Source: Bacteroidota bacterium
GTDB lineage: Bacteria > Bacteroidota > Bacteroidia > CAILMK01
Length of the DNA: 64,000 nucleotides
NCBI GenBank assembly: GCA_013288555.1
Contig: JABDBQ010000002.1
Location: 51,313 to 115,312 of the forward strand
Direction: 5' to 3'
In this document: piece by piece, positions 40,031-51,500 of the stretch
Layout of the letters: each line of letters opens with the position of its first letter
Numbering within the stretch: position 1 is the first letter of the stretch
Translations under genes and position numbers: made by a program
Notes under the pieces: model-generated
Told to the model about the DNA's origin: nothing
Databases searched by the model: none
The model's input: only the letters and a program-made list of their open reading frames with translations

Positions 40031-40645
40031 ATGGGAATTGTAGAACGAAAGGAAAGACAAAAAACGGAAATGCGTTCAGCGATCCTGAACGCCGCCTGGA
40101 AACAGGTGCTGCATTCGGGCTGGCAATCGCTTTCCATTCGCAAAATTGCAGATGCCATAGAATATAGTATTCCTGTCGTCTATGAATATTTTGAAAACAA
40201 AGAGGCCATCCTGCTGGAGTTCAATAAACTTGGCTATAAATTACTAAGCGATAAACTAATCGAAGCCATATCAAAACACCGTGATCCTTCCAAACAGCTG
40301 GAAGCCATCGTGTTTTCCTATTGGGATTTTGCTTTCGCTCATAAAGAATATTACCAGCTGATGTTTGGCCTTGGAATGCCCACATGCGAACAGGCAAGGA
40401 CAATGCCCGAACTAACAGAGTTTACCAAAGTCATTGAATCTACCATTGCCAAAATTGCTGAGGAAAACAATACCGAGCTTAATGTGTTCCTTAAAAGACA
40501 ATCCTTCTGGTCTATGCTGCATGGTCTGGTTTCTATCAACCTTATGGCGCCTGAAACCACCCGTGAAGATATGAGCAGGGAGGAGATCAATAAAATGGTC
40601 CTAAAAGATTTTATCAGCGTATTTATTACAGGATTGAAAAACTAA
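40031..40645 (+). CDS. TetR/AcrR-family transcriptional regulator
   Basis: N-terminal HTH (SIRKIADAIEYSIPVVYEYFENKE). Confidence 0.8.
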   Translation: MGIVERKERQKTEMRSAILNAAWKQVLHSGWQSLSIRKIADAIEYSIPVVYEYFENKEAILLEFNKLGYKLLSDKLIEAISKHRDPSKQLEAIVFSYWDFAFAHKEYYQLMFGLGMPTCEQARTMPELTEFTKVIESTIAKIAEENNTELNVFLKRQSFWSMLHGLVSINLMAPETTREDMSREEINKMVLKDFISVFITGLKN

Positions 40646-40727
40646 TTTTTTTTGCCCAATGCTAACACTGTTATATAATATATCGATACTAACAATTTCA
40701 AATCACAATTCAATTAATTAATTCAAA

Positions 40728-41276
40728 ATGGAAACTACCAAATGGGCTTTAGACCCTACTCACTCTGAAATTCAATTCAAAGTCAAACATCTACTGATCT
40801 CTACCGTAACCGGCCAGTTTAAACAATTTAATGCGACCATCGAAACTGACGGTGAAGACCTTAGCACAGCAAAAGTTCACTTAACGGCAGACCTGTCTTC
40901 AATTTCTACCAACAATGAGCAACGTGATGCGCACCTGAGATCAACCGATTTCTTTGATGCAGAAACGCACCCTCAATTGACTTTCGAAGGCACCACACTT
41001 GAAAAACTGGACGAGGAAAATTACAAAGCCCATGGAATTCTTACCATCAGGGGAAACTCAAATCCTATTACACTTGACGTGGAACTGGGTGGCAAAACTC
41101 AGGATCCCTGGGGCAATACAAGACTGGGCTTTTCAATTTCCGGCAAAATAAACCGCATGGATTACGGTGTAAAATTTGGCATGCCTTCTGAAACAGGAGC
41201 AGCATTGCTTGGAGAAGAGGTGAAAATACTGGCAAATGCCGAATTTGTAAAACAAGCAGAATTACAGGCAGCATAA
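40728..41276 (+). CDS. YceI-family polyisoprenoid-binding protein
   Basis: YceI-like length and blocks (W.LDP.HSEI.F.V.HL). Confidence 0.7.
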   Translation: METTKWALDPTHSEIQFKVKHLLISTVTGQFKQFNATIETDGEDLSTAKVHLTADLSSISTNNEQRDAHLRSTDFFDAETHPQLTFEGTTLEKLDEENYKAHGILTIRGNSNPITLDVELGGKTQDPWGNTRLGFSISGKINRMDYGVKFGMPSETGAALLGEEVKILANAEFVKQAELQAA

Positions 41277-41373
41277 CATTCTGTCGCGTTGTTTGTTATC
41301 AAAATAAATATTGGCATGCCTTGCTGAAACAGCCCGGCATGTCGGTATTTAATATTGTGCAATAAAAAACATT

Positions 41374-41946
41374 ATGAAATTAAAAATAATCATCGCAAGC
41401 ACCCGTCCCGGTAGAAAAGGCCCGATACTGGGAACATGGATCACTGATATTGCGCGCAAACATGGCGTTTATGATGTGGAAGTATTGGATCTGGCGGAAA
41501 TCAATCTCCCTTTTATCGATGAACCTAATCATCCAAGGTTTCAGAAATATGAACATGAGCACACCAAAGCCTGGAGCAAAACAATAAATGAGGCTGATGC
41601 ATTCATCTTCGTAACCCCGGAATACAATTTCGGATATCCTGCGACCTTAAAAAACGCTCTTGATTTTCTTTATAATGAATGGACCTATAAACCGGTAGGA
41701 TTTGTGAGTTATGGAGGTGTGGCCGCCGGAACCCGAGCCGTACAAATGCTGAAACAGGTAGTGACAGCTCAAAAAATGATGCCGGTGGCGGAATCTGTTA
41801 ATGTTCCTTTCTTTACCAGATTCATAAATGATGCTGACCAATTCGTTCCTGAAGAAGGGCTGGAAAAATCTGCTTATGGGATGCTTGATGAACTGGTGCT
41901 ATGGACCAAAGCCTTAATGGAATTAAGATCGCATAAAGTCGCTTAA
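41374..41946 (+). CDS. NAD(P)H-dependent FMN reductase (flavodoxin-like fold)
   Basis: IIIASTRPGRKG..FVTPEYNFGYPA pattern. Confidence 0.75.
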   Translation: MKLKIIIASTRPGRKGPILGTWITDIARKHGVYDVEVLDLAEINLPFIDEPNHPRFQKYEHEHTKAWSKTINEADAFIFVTPEYNFGYPATLKNALDFLYNEWTYKPVGFVSYGGVAAGTRAVQMLKQVVTAQKMMPVAESVNVPFFTRFINDADQFVPEEGLEKSAYGMLDELVLWTKALMELRSHKVA

Positions 41947-42014
41947 CAAGGTCTGAAAACTATCACAGTAAAATACTGAATCCAGTATCATTAAAAAAGG
42001 ACAAAATGTCGCAA

Positions 42015-42821
42015 TTATTGATGCGGTTTCTTTGGTTCCTGTGGTTTATAAAGCGATTTTTCAATATCCAGAAAATTGAAAAAGGTATCCGCCCGCAAGC
42101 CAATCCTTATTGTTTCCAAAGGGATAACTTCGTTGTAGGCGATATTGCCGAGATTAACATTTGAACCCAGGAGATTAATAAACCATACCTGCTGGGTTTT
42201 ATTTGGAGCCTCCCATAGTACTTTTTCTGCCGGTATCGCTGTAAGTATCTCATCCACAAGGCCTGAACGCACTTCACCAGTTCCACGAAATATGCCGACA
42301 TTGCCGCTTTCGCGTGCCTCAGCAATTACTTTCCATGAGCCTGCAGCCAATTCATCTTTCATAAGCTGGATCCATTTATAAGGAGCATAAATGATTTCAG
42401 CATCCTTGGATCCTACCTCACTCAATACGGTATAATCCTTGGAAAATGTCGCAATTAATTTGCATTTTTCCTCGTGTGGGATATCAAGAGCGCCATCCGA
42501 GACTTCAAGATGTGTGATCTTATATTTGTCGATGGTTCGTTTATACTCGTCAAGTTGCCCTCTTACCAGGAAAGCTTCAAGTAATGTGCCTCCAAAGTAA
42601 ACCGGAATCCCGGCCTCCTGGTACAATTTTATTTTCTGCCCCAGATGTGGTGTCACATAAGCTGAGCCAAATCCGAGCTTTACGATATCGAGATAGGGTC
42701 CTGCGACAGAAATAAAATCTTCCGTTTCCCTTACGCTCAGGCCTTTATCCATAACCATGGTAATACCTGAATCCCTGGGCTTTTGTGCGCGTACCGGAAT
42801 TTGTTCAAGGTGAAAATTCAT
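42015..42821 (-). CDS. Phosphosulfolactate synthase (ComA family)
   Basis: KPRDSGITMVMDKGL N-terminal block and TIM-barrel-like length. Last gene of a four-gene minus-strand run. Confidence 0.55.
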   Translation of the reverse strand: MNFHLEQIPVRAQKPRDSGITMVMDKGLSVRETEDFISVAGPYLDIVKLGFGSAYVTPHLGQKIKLYQEAGIPVYFGGTLLEAFLVRGQLDEYKRTIDKYKITHLEVSDGALDIPHEEKCKLIATFSKDYTVLSEVGSKDAEIIYAPYKWIQLMKDELAAGSWKVIAEARESGNVGIFRGTGEVRSGLVDEILTAIPAEKVLWEAPNKTQQVWFINLLGSNVNLGNIAYNEVIPLETIRIGLRADTFFNFLDIEKSLYKPQEPKKPHQ

Positions 42822-42829
42822 GCAATCAA

Positions 42830-44233
42830 TTATTCGTGTTTATACAACTGGATAATCTGACCCACATGGGTATTGTTTTCCAGTTCCCAGAAATAAGTAA
42901 AAAGAACTTTATAAGATTCGGGATCAGCAGATAATGCGGCAATCAGATAATCTTCTGCAAGACCCACCTGCCCACTTTCATAATACAAGCCTGCCATCAT
43001 CATCATTAGTTCAGGGCTGTTATCAAAATTGGGCAATTGCTCTTTGCAAAGATTGAGCGCCTGCTCATTTTTATCATTCATATACAGCCCGTATATATAG
43101 TCGCTGAGATATTCAAGATTTGAACCATCCATCATTAAAGCATGGTGATAGGCCTCTTCAGCAGCGATATAATCGTCCATACCCAGATAGCAATGCCCCA
43201 GGTCTGACCAGAACATGTCCTGGTTAGGATCTATTTTTATAGCTTTTTTTAAGAAATTGACGGCTTTTTGCGGTTGATCTTCAAAATAATAGGTTACTCC
43301 AAGGCCTGCCCAGCCATCCGCACTGTCCTTATCCTGCTCCAATGCTTTTAAAAATGCCTTACGGGCCAGGTCATATTTATCAAGGAATTTATAGCAATTG
43401 CCCAACTGGCAAAATACGGCTGCATTGGTGCCGTCAAGTTCCACATTTTTTTCAAATGCTTCTGCTGCTTTTTCATAATCCCCCATCAACACATAAACAT
43501 TGCCCATATTGTAATATACCGGGCTAAAGTCTTCATTGATGATTTTTGCAAAATCGTATGCTTCTATGGCTTTTTCGTAATCTTCCATGCGGGCATGAAG
43601 CAGACCAAGATTAAACCATGCGTTATACGAATAAGGATTATTGTCCAGATAATCTAAATAGAGTGAAATGCTTTTATCAGGTTGTTCCAGATAATCATAG
43701 CAATAGGCGAGCTCATATACTGCCTGGAAATTATCAGGATTAATTTTTAATGCCTGTTCGAGACTCTGGGCCGCGTTTTCAAACTTGTCCCAGTTTTCGT
43801 ACACGTAGGCCTGAGAAAGCAATATTTCATCTTCATTTACGCCATAATTGAGCGCCTTTTCAAATTGCTCAATGGCTTCAGGATAACGCTCCATTTCATC
43901 GTAAACGGTTGCTATCTGCATGAATATTTCATAATTGGTTGGCTCATACAGAAGGGCTTCTTCCAGTATTTCCAGACTTTCGTCCAGTTTTTGGTCCAGG
44001 CAAAGAAGCTGGGCTTTTTTTATCCTTAGTGAAGCAGAAAACGGATGCTGTTCCATGGCATATTCAGTGACATGGAATGCCTTCTTGTACAGACCTGTAT
44101 TTATGAAATAGTCGACAATGTTTTCATACTCGTCTGTCTCGAAAAAGATATGCGATTTGTCTTTTTCAAGTTGTTCATAGAGTAAAGCCAAATCTTTGCC
44201 TTCTTCATCATACCCGTTAAAAAATTCTTCCAT
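42830..44233 (-). CDS. TPR-repeat protein
   Basis: Repeated 34-aa A..Y..G..Y..A TPR units throughout. Confidence 0.75.
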   Translation of the reverse strand: MEEFFNGYDEEGKDLALLYEQLEKDKSHIFFETDEYENIVDYFINTGLYKKAFHVTEYAMEQHPFSASLRIKKAQLLCLDQKLDESLEILEEALLYEPTNYEIFMQIATVYDEMERYPEAIEQFEKALNYGVNEDEILLSQAYVYENWDKFENAAQSLEQALKINPDNFQAVYELAYCYDYLEQPDKSISLYLDYLDNNPYSYNAWFNLGLLHARMEDYEKAIEAYDFAKIINEDFSPVYYNMGNVYVLMGDYEKAAEAFEKNVELDGTNAAVFCQLGNCYKFLDKYDLARKAFLKALEQDKDSADGWAGLGVTYYFEDQPQKAVNFLKKAIKIDPNQDMFWSDLGHCYLGMDDYIAAEEAYHHALMMDGSNLEYLSDYIYGLYMNDKNEQALNLCKEQLPNFDNSPELMMMMAGLYYESGQVGLAEDYLIAALSADPESYKVLFTYFWELENNTHVGQIIQLYKHE

Positions 44234-44268
44234 CCAGTTATCAGATTATGCAAATTTACGATATTATG

Positions 44269-44703
44269 CTACTTATTTCCAAATATATTTGCCAGCCACC
44301 GGGGCGGTTCCATGATCAGGTACATTAATGCAATAGTAATCAATATTAATACCAATGGCTTCAAAAAAACTGCATAAGTACTTTTCTTTGCTGTGCCCTT
44401 ATTGGTTTCTTCACCCGAAAAAGACTCATTAGCCGTGTTTTCGCTATAAATTTTACCTCTTCCATAAGCAGGGGCTGAAAAATGAAAAGAACTTAGTTCG
44501 GCATCAAACTGCCTTTTACGGACTGGATTTGTCAATACTTCATAAGCTTCTTTTATCTCCCTGAATCTTTCTTCGCCACTCTGTCCGCTTTTGTTATGGT
44601 CAGGATGATATCGGAAAGCCATGGTTCTGTATGCCTTTTTTACTTCCGTTACCGATGCATGATCCTTGATTCCCAAAACTTTATAATAATTAACCTTTAT
44701 CAT
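44269..44703 (-). CDS. J-domain (DnaJ-like) protein with a C-terminal TM helix
   Basis: [19 protein letters not shown] (HPD motif) and a C-terminal hydrophobic segment. Confidence 0.75.
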   Translation of the reverse strand: MIKVNYYKVLGIKDHASVTEVKKAYRTMAFRYHPDHNKSGQSGEERFREIKEAYEVLTNPVRKRQFDAELSSFHFSAPAYGRGKIYSENTANESFSGEETNKGTAKKSTYAVFLKPLVLILITIALMYLIMEPPRWLANIFGNK

Positions 44704-45296
44704 TCTCTGTTTCTATCCGCCCCGGCATTGGCAATTACCCTTCCACCGGTCCTGAAGTGTTCTTTGTAATATTTCTCATCAAGACCATTAATACAAACAC
44801 CGGTTTTAGTGGAAGCGTGCACAAATTTTTCATTTCCAAGATATATCCCAACGTGCGAGACCTTTTTACCGTCCTCGATCTTAAAAAAAACCAGGTCGCC
44901 TTCCTTCAGCCTTGCCTTTCCAACCCGCCTTACATCTTTTGCCAACTGATCTTCAGAAGACCTCTCCAGGCTGATATGATATACTTCTTTATAGATACTG
45001 CAGGTAAACCCTGAACAATCCGTTCCTTTTTTGCAATTCATTCCCCCATAACAATAAGGTGTGCACATCCATGAGTCAATGGCTTTATATAAGGAAAGAC
45101 TTTTGCGCATATTTATGGGTTCGCCAATAATTTGTTCATACTTACTTATAAGCTCTTTATCTTTTTCAACTTCGGAAAAATGTCCCTTATTTTCCTGAAC
45201 CACAGGTTGTTTACGCAGCGAAGAACACGAAACCATGAAGCAACCGGCCAGGATAAAACTTATAAATCGTGTATGGTTAAAAGTGCTTTGGGTCAT
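44700..45296 (-). CDS. NlpC/P60 (C40) cell-wall peptidase
   Basis: Catalytic Cys context [10 protein letters not shown] and His in HVGIYLG. Overlaps the next gene by 4 nt. Confidence 0.75.
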   Translation of the reverse strand: MTQSTFNHTRFISFILAGCFMVSCSSLRKQPVVQENKGHFSEVEKDKELISKYEQIIGEPINMRKSLSLYKAIDSWMCTPYCYGGMNCKKGTDCSGFTCSIYKEVYHISLERSSEDQLAKDVRRVGKARLKEGDLVFFKIEDGKKVSHVGIYLGNEKFVHASTKTGVCINGLDEKYYKEHFRTGGRVIANAGADRNRE

Positions 45297-45561
45297 TTTT
45301 CCTCCTGAATATCATACTGCCAAACTAATGTTATTTTCAGGAATGGTGGTGATCATGGGGCCTTTAATTATGCACCTATTTGTGGATTAACTTATACAAT
45401 ACCCTGATAAATGCTGATATTTCTGTTGATAAGCATAGAATAGCCTGAAAATCACATTCATCCGCGATAAGCCGACATTTTGCGGCAGCAAAGCCCATGA
45501 TATTAATCTTACCTTTGCATCAATGATTTCAGAAGGAATATTGTTTTACAAGGGTAACAGA

Positions 45562-48522
45562 ATGAATAAAGCAGTTAATTATATTGTTGTTTTATGTGCC
45601 TTATTTTCTATGGTGTTCAGCAATTTATGCAATGCAGACCCAATACCGAAACCCGTAAAAAAATACAACATTTACCAGGACAGCCATTGGGTAGATTCTG
45701 TGATAAATAACATGAGCCTGGATGAAAAAATAGGACAGCTTTTTATGGTTGCGGCCTTCACTACCAAGGATAAAATAAACATCCCTGAACTCGAAAAACT
45801 GGTGGGTCAATACCATATCGGAGGGGTTATATTCTTCAAAGGAAATCCGTGTAAACAGGCCGATGTTACAAATGAAATGCAATCCATAGCAAAAGTGCCG
45901 TTATTGATTGGAATTGATGCCGAATGGGGTTTGGCCATGCGTCTTGACAGTACCATAAATTTCGGATACCAGATGCCTCTTGGCGCCATTTCTGACGATT
46001 CAATTGTTTATAAAATGGGGCACGATATCGCTCTGGAATGTAAAAGACTTGGGATTAATATAGATTTTGCCCCGGTCGTAGATGTGAACAATAACCCATT
46101 AAATCCAATCATCAACTTACGATCATTCGGGGAAAACAAAAAAGATGTTGCCCGTAAAGCAACCATGTATATGCAGGCTTTGCAGGATCAGCGCATACTT
46201 GCCGTAGCAAAGCATTTCCCGGGTCATGGGAACGTGGATGTGGATTCACATCTCGATCTTCCTGTACTTAACCAGAGCAAAGCGGAAATGGATACGCTTG
46301 AATTATACCCATTTAAATATCTGTTTGCCAGGGGTGTAGGAGGTGTTATGACGGCACATCTTCATATACCTGCGTATGATACTGCACAACACGTGGGTGC
46401 ATCACTATCACCACTTATCACCACCCAATTATTAAAAAATGACCTGAATTTCAAAGGTCTCGCATTCTCTGATGCCCTGAACATGAAAGGGGTTAGCAAA
46501 TATTACAATCCAGGACAACTCGAAGTAAAAGCATTGCTGGCGGGGAATGATATTCTCCTTTATTCTGAAGACGTTCCGAAAGCCATTGAAGCAATAAAAA
46601 TTGCCATTGACAGTGGATGTATCGATTCATCCTATATAGATGACAAAGTGCGAAAAATACTGGAAATGAAACAGTGGGCCGGGCTTGATACCTGTCATTA
46701 TATTGACCTTGACAATATTACATCCGAATTAAATACTTCGACTGACCAGATACTGAAACAACATATTGCCGAACAAAGTATAACCGTTGTTAAGAACGAA
46801 AATAACTTCATCCCCCTGAAAAATCCAGGCAATTTCCGGATTGCTGCAGTTGCAATAGGCACTAAAATGGAGCCACAGTTCCAGGACATGTTGCGCAATT
46901 ATTGCAAAGCAAGCTGTTTCCATTATTCTTTCTGGAGCAAAGATTCAGACTGGCAAAAATTAAAAGACACCCTTAAAACATTTGACCTGGTTGTAATAAG
47001 TTTGCACAATGTAAGCAACAGGCATACTGATACATATGGAATAGGAGACAAAGCTATTGCGGTGATCAATGAAATCAACAGGACCAAGCCGCTGATCCTC
47101 GTTAACATGGGCACACCCTATGCCCTGAAGTTTTTTCCGGATTTTAATACCATTATTGAAGGATACCAGGATGATGTATCATTTCAATACGCTGCGGCAG
47201 AGGCTTTATTCGGAGCTATAGGAACCCGGGCAAGTCTACCTGTTTCAGCATGCACAGAATATTGTTCGGCTCCTGATAAAATAACCAAAGACATTTCAAG
47301 ATTCAGGTATACCAGGCCAGAGGAAGCCGGAATGGCATCGGAAACCCTTGACAATATTGATTCTATCGTAAAAAGAGCCATAAAAGAAAAAGATATGCCG
47401 GGTTGCCAGGTTCTGGTTGCCAAAGACGGCAAAGTGGTCTATGATAAAAGTTTTGGCAACCAGGTATATGGCAAAACAGACCCAGTGCGGAATTATGATT
47501 TATATGATATTGCTTCAGTTACTAAAGTAGCATCTACTACCTTGGCTGTTATGAAATTATATGAACAAGGAAAAATAAATCCTTCCGCAACACTTGACAG
47601 CTACCTTCCAGAATTAAAAAACACAGACAAAGGAGATCTGCAGATTAAGGAAGTAATGACCCACCAGGCAGGGCTCGAAAGCTGGATACCTTTCTACAAA
47701 AACACATTGATACAAGGAAGTCGACCCGATACAAATTATTACTGCAACTGGCCCAACGAATTGTTTACTGTAAGGGTCGCTGACAGCTTATACCTTAACA
47801 AAAATTATGAAGATAGTATTTATCATATCATTATCCGTTCTCCATTGAAAAACCGGGGAAAATATGAATACAGTGATCTTGGTTTTATACTCATGCAGCA
47901 CGTTGTGGAAAAAATAACGGGAACAAGCCTTGACAGATATGTTGACAGTGTGTTTTATAAGCCGTTGGGTCTGGGAACAATGACTTATAAACCGAGAGAA
48001 AAATTTCCCCTTTCGGAAATTATTCCTACAGAACAGGACACCTATTTCCGGCACCAGCTAATACACGGCGATGTGCATGACCCCGCAGCCGCTATGCTGG
48101 GTGGGGTAAGTGGTAACGCAGGTATATTTTCAGATGCCAATGACCTTGCCATCCTGATGCAAATGATGCTGAACGGCGGCCAGTATGCAGGAATAAAATA
48201 CCTGAAACCTGAAACCATTCAATTATTCACCGGAAAACAATATGATACCAACAGGCGCGGCCTGGGCTGGGACAAACCTGCCTCTGGCAGCAAACTCTCC
48301 CCGGCGTCTCAATATGCATCAGACCAGGCCTACGGTCACACAGGATTTACGGGAACATGCATTTGGGCTGATCCGAAATATAACCTGATATATGTTTTTC
48401 TTTCCAACCGGGTATATCCCGATGCTTCTAACAACAATCTGCTTAAAATGAACGTTCGCACTGATATTCACGATGCGATCTATAAATCATTTTTATATAA
48501 ATATTGTAAAATAAGCGATTAG
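45562..48522 (+). CDS. GH3 beta-N-acetylhexosaminidase (NagZ-like) fused to a beta-lactamase-fold serine hydrolase
   Basis: KHFPGHG GH3 motif in the N-terminal half. S-x-x-K (ASVTK) beta-lactamase-family motif in the C-terminal half. Signal peptide from MNKAVNYIVVL. Confidence 0.75.
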   Translation: MNKAVNYIVVLCALFSMVFSNLCNADPIPKPVKKYNIYQDSHWVDSVINNMSLDEKIGQLFMVAAFTTKDKINIPELEKLVGQYHIGGVIFFKGNPCKQADVTNEMQSIAKVPLLIGIDAEWGLAMRLDSTINFGYQMPLGAISDDSIVYKMGHDIALECKRLGINIDFAPVVDVNNNPLNPIINLRSFGENKKDVARKATMYMQALQDQRILAVAKHFPGHGNVDVDSHLDLPVLNQSKAEMDTLELYPFKYLFARGVGGVMTAHLHIPAYDTAQHVGASLSPLITTQLLKNDLNFKGLAFSDALNMKGVSKYYNPGQLEVKALLAGNDILLYSEDVPKAIEAIKIAIDSGCIDSSYIDDKVRKILEMKQWAGLDTCHYIDLDNITSELNTSTDQILKQHIAEQSITVVKNENNFIPLKNPGNFRIAAVAIGTKMEPQFQDMLRNYCKASCFHYSFWSKDSDWQKLKDTLKTFDLVVISLHNVSNRHTDTYGIGDKAIAVINEINRTKPLILVNMGTPYALKFFPDFNTIIEGYQDDVSFQYAAAEALFGAIGTRASLPVSACTEYCSAPDKITKDISRFRYTRPEEAGMASETLDNIDSIVKRAIKEKDMPGCQVLVAKDGKVVYDKSFGNQVYGKTDPVRNYDLYDIASVTKVASTTLAVMKLYEQGKINPSATLDSYLPELKNTDKGDLQIKEVMTHQAGLESWIPFYKNTLIQGSRPDTNYYCNWPNELFTVRVADSLYLNKNYEDSIYHIIIRSPLKNRGKYEYSDLGFILMQHVVEKITGTSLDRYVDSVFYKPLGLGTMTYKPREKFPLSEIIPTEQDTYFRHQLIHGDVHDPAAAMLGGVSGNAGIFSDANDLAILMQMMLNGGQYAGIKYLKPETIQLFTGKQYDTNRRGLGWDKPASGSKLSPASQYASDQAYGHTGFTGTCIWADPKYNLIYVFLSNRVYPDASNNNLLKMNVRTDIHDAIYKSFLYKYCKISD

Positions 48523-48540
48523 CAATTTTACGGCACAGAA

Positions 48541-51500
48541 TTGGATATATTTGGCAGGCGATTTGAACATGAAGTTCATCGGCATCAGATGCACATGTTA
48601 AAAAAATGGCAATATATAAGCGGTATCGTAGGTATATTACTTCTTGTAATATCTTTATTATCTGACACCTGGCTCTATCCGAATATTTCGCAAGCCTATG
48701 CAAAAAGCCAGGCTAAACATGTGCAGCATTCTTTGCTTGAAAAACAAAAAGAGGCTGACAATCTGCTACAAACTGTAGCTGCTATTCCGTTAAATAAATT
48801 GCAATCCAGTTATAATCAGCTATACGATAATAGTAATAGTGCTCATATATTATTATATATCAAAAGAATAGATGGAGGCTTTGTTTATTATTCTTCCAAT
48901 TCGGTATTCCCTCAAACCGTTGTGTTTTCAGCCACCGACAGTGAACTTCAACATTTGCCAAACGGCTATTATCTTCAAAATAATCTGCTGGCAAACGGAT
49001 TGATATATATTGCACTGGTGCCGGTTCAATATCAGTATACTATTGAAAATGAATATCTTAAAAACACTATTCCTTTTCTGAAAACCAACAATGATTTTAC
49101 ATTGTCAAGAAATCAGAAACAGGGCTATCCGGTGTACGATTTATCACACAGGTATCTATTCAGTCTTTCAGCCAAAACTGCCCTTGAGCCATTTGGGTGG
49201 ATAGCTCTTCTTTTCATCGCCGGCCTGGTTCTTTTTTTTACCTTCTGCTCCAAAGTTATTTCCGACCTGATAACCCACCAGAAAAAGCTATGGGCGTCAA
49301 GTATTTACCTGTTTGCAAACGCTTTTTTCATATACAGCTGGAAAATTGTAAGACTTCCGGATAATCTCTATAGGTTTCCTATATTCAGTTCTCATTATTA
49401 TGGAAGCTCTGCCTTCTTTTCATCACTCGGAGACCTTCTGATATTTAGTCTGATCATCGGAGTTGCATTTGTCTTCATCCGGAAAATCAGGATCAGGTTG
49501 CATTTCCCTGATTTTCTGAATTATTTCTTTTTATTTCTGTTCACAGTCATTTCCTGTTTTTTCAGTGTGGGAATTGTCAAATTAATAAGCAGCCTGATCC
49601 TCGACTCGATCATTTCATTTGACCTTGGGAATATTTTTAGCCTGGATTTATATAGCGTTTCAGGTATCGTAATTATACTCATCCTTGTCGCCTGCTATTT
49701 TTTATTTTTCGATTATTTCTCAAGATCTGTTTTCGGGAAAATAAAGTCCACACCCTTGTTTCTCCTGATTGCCTTTTTCGCATTTGTTATTGTAGGTTTT
49801 ATAGTGTCCAATCTATCAGGCACTTATTATATTGCATACGCTTTCAATACTGTTACTGTGTTATTATACTATTATAAAACAAAAATATTCAGGTTTAACC
49901 TGGTTGCATTTACACTGGCCTGTATTACCGCAACCAGTGTGTTTCTCAGTATTGTTTTAAGTAAATACAATGGCCTTAACGAAAGTGATGACCGACAAAC
50001 GATAGCTACGAGTATCATTACTGAAAGGGATTATTTTGCCGAATATCTATTTACAGGTATTTACGATGGTATTGAGCAGGACAACTATTTAAAAAACTAT
50101 TTCACACTGCCTGTTATATCAGAACCGGTATTGGAAAGCCGGATAAAACAGGTTTATCTTTCTGGCTATTTCAGCAAATATGAAGTTGTGGTAAACACTT
50201 TCAATCCGGATGGAAGTTCCTATAAAAATATTCTGGCCAAACCTTTGTCTTTTTACAGTGCGTTGCTTGAAAAAGAAGGAACTCCGGTAGGGTCTGATCG
50301 CCTGTATTTCCTGCATTTGCATACAGGTCTTCCTACATATGTTTCCCAAATTCCAATCAGTGTGCAAGGCCGGGTTGTTGGTATTATTTTGATAGAGTTT
50401 CAACAAAAACCTTTTTATGAGGAAAGTATCTATCCTGAGCTTCTGGTATCAGAAAATCTGCGAAAGTACAGTATTAAGGAAAAATATTCATATGCAGTAT
50501 ACAGCAATGGAATGCTGCTCAACCAGAAAGGGGAATATGCATATCCCGGATTTCAGAATTTTAAGGTGCAGCTTGATAGCAATAATTTTGCGTCCGTCAA
50601 CAAAGATGGTTTTGAACATCTTCTTTACCAGCCACATCCCGATCTTCTCGTTATTGTAAGTGCCAGATCACAAGGCTGGGTTTATTATCTCTCTTCTTTC
50701 GCTTTTGTTTTTTTATTTATTGTCATTGGGTTTCTGTCCGGAATTCTGACAAGGTTTCTCTACCGGATTTCTAACGTAATTCTTCGCCATAAACAGCATT
50801 TAATCAGGAAAATATTCGGACTTCAAAACCTGTCTTTCAGAAATAAAATTCTTATTACGGTAATTACGGGAATGACACTTTCCATCATTTTAATCGGCAT
50901 TGTTACTGTGAGTTATATAAGAGTACAATACAATAATGATGAGCTGATTAACCTCAGAAAAAAGACAAGGCTTATAGCAACAAAATTAAGTGATGAGCTG
51001 CAGCAGAATGAAAAACAACCTGAACTTGGAGGCCCTGATCTGCCCCTGATGGTGAAGACACTTTCTGATAACTACCAGGCTGACATTAATATTTTCAGCG
51101 TGAAAGGCAATCTTGTTAATTCTACTGAAAATGCCATCTTTGACAAAGGAATTATTGCCCCCGAAATGGATGCTTCTGCTTTCCAGAAATTCTCACAGGA
51201 ACAGACATCGCAGGTTATCAATGAAGAACGAATCGGCAAGCTGAAATATCTCTCATGCTATATCCCGCTTCGAAACCTAACCGGACAGGTCATTGGATAT
51301 CTTAACCTTCCTTATTTTTCAAAAGAACAAGAACTTAAAGATCGTATTTCCTCTTTTGTTGTCACCCTGGTTAATTTATATTTTTTGCTGTTCCTCATAT
51401 TGGTGGTCCTCGGTGTTTTTATGACCAGGGCACTGACGCTACCTTTAAATATTATCCGCAACCATTTGAAAAATACGAGTTTAAGTGGGTCAAATGAATT

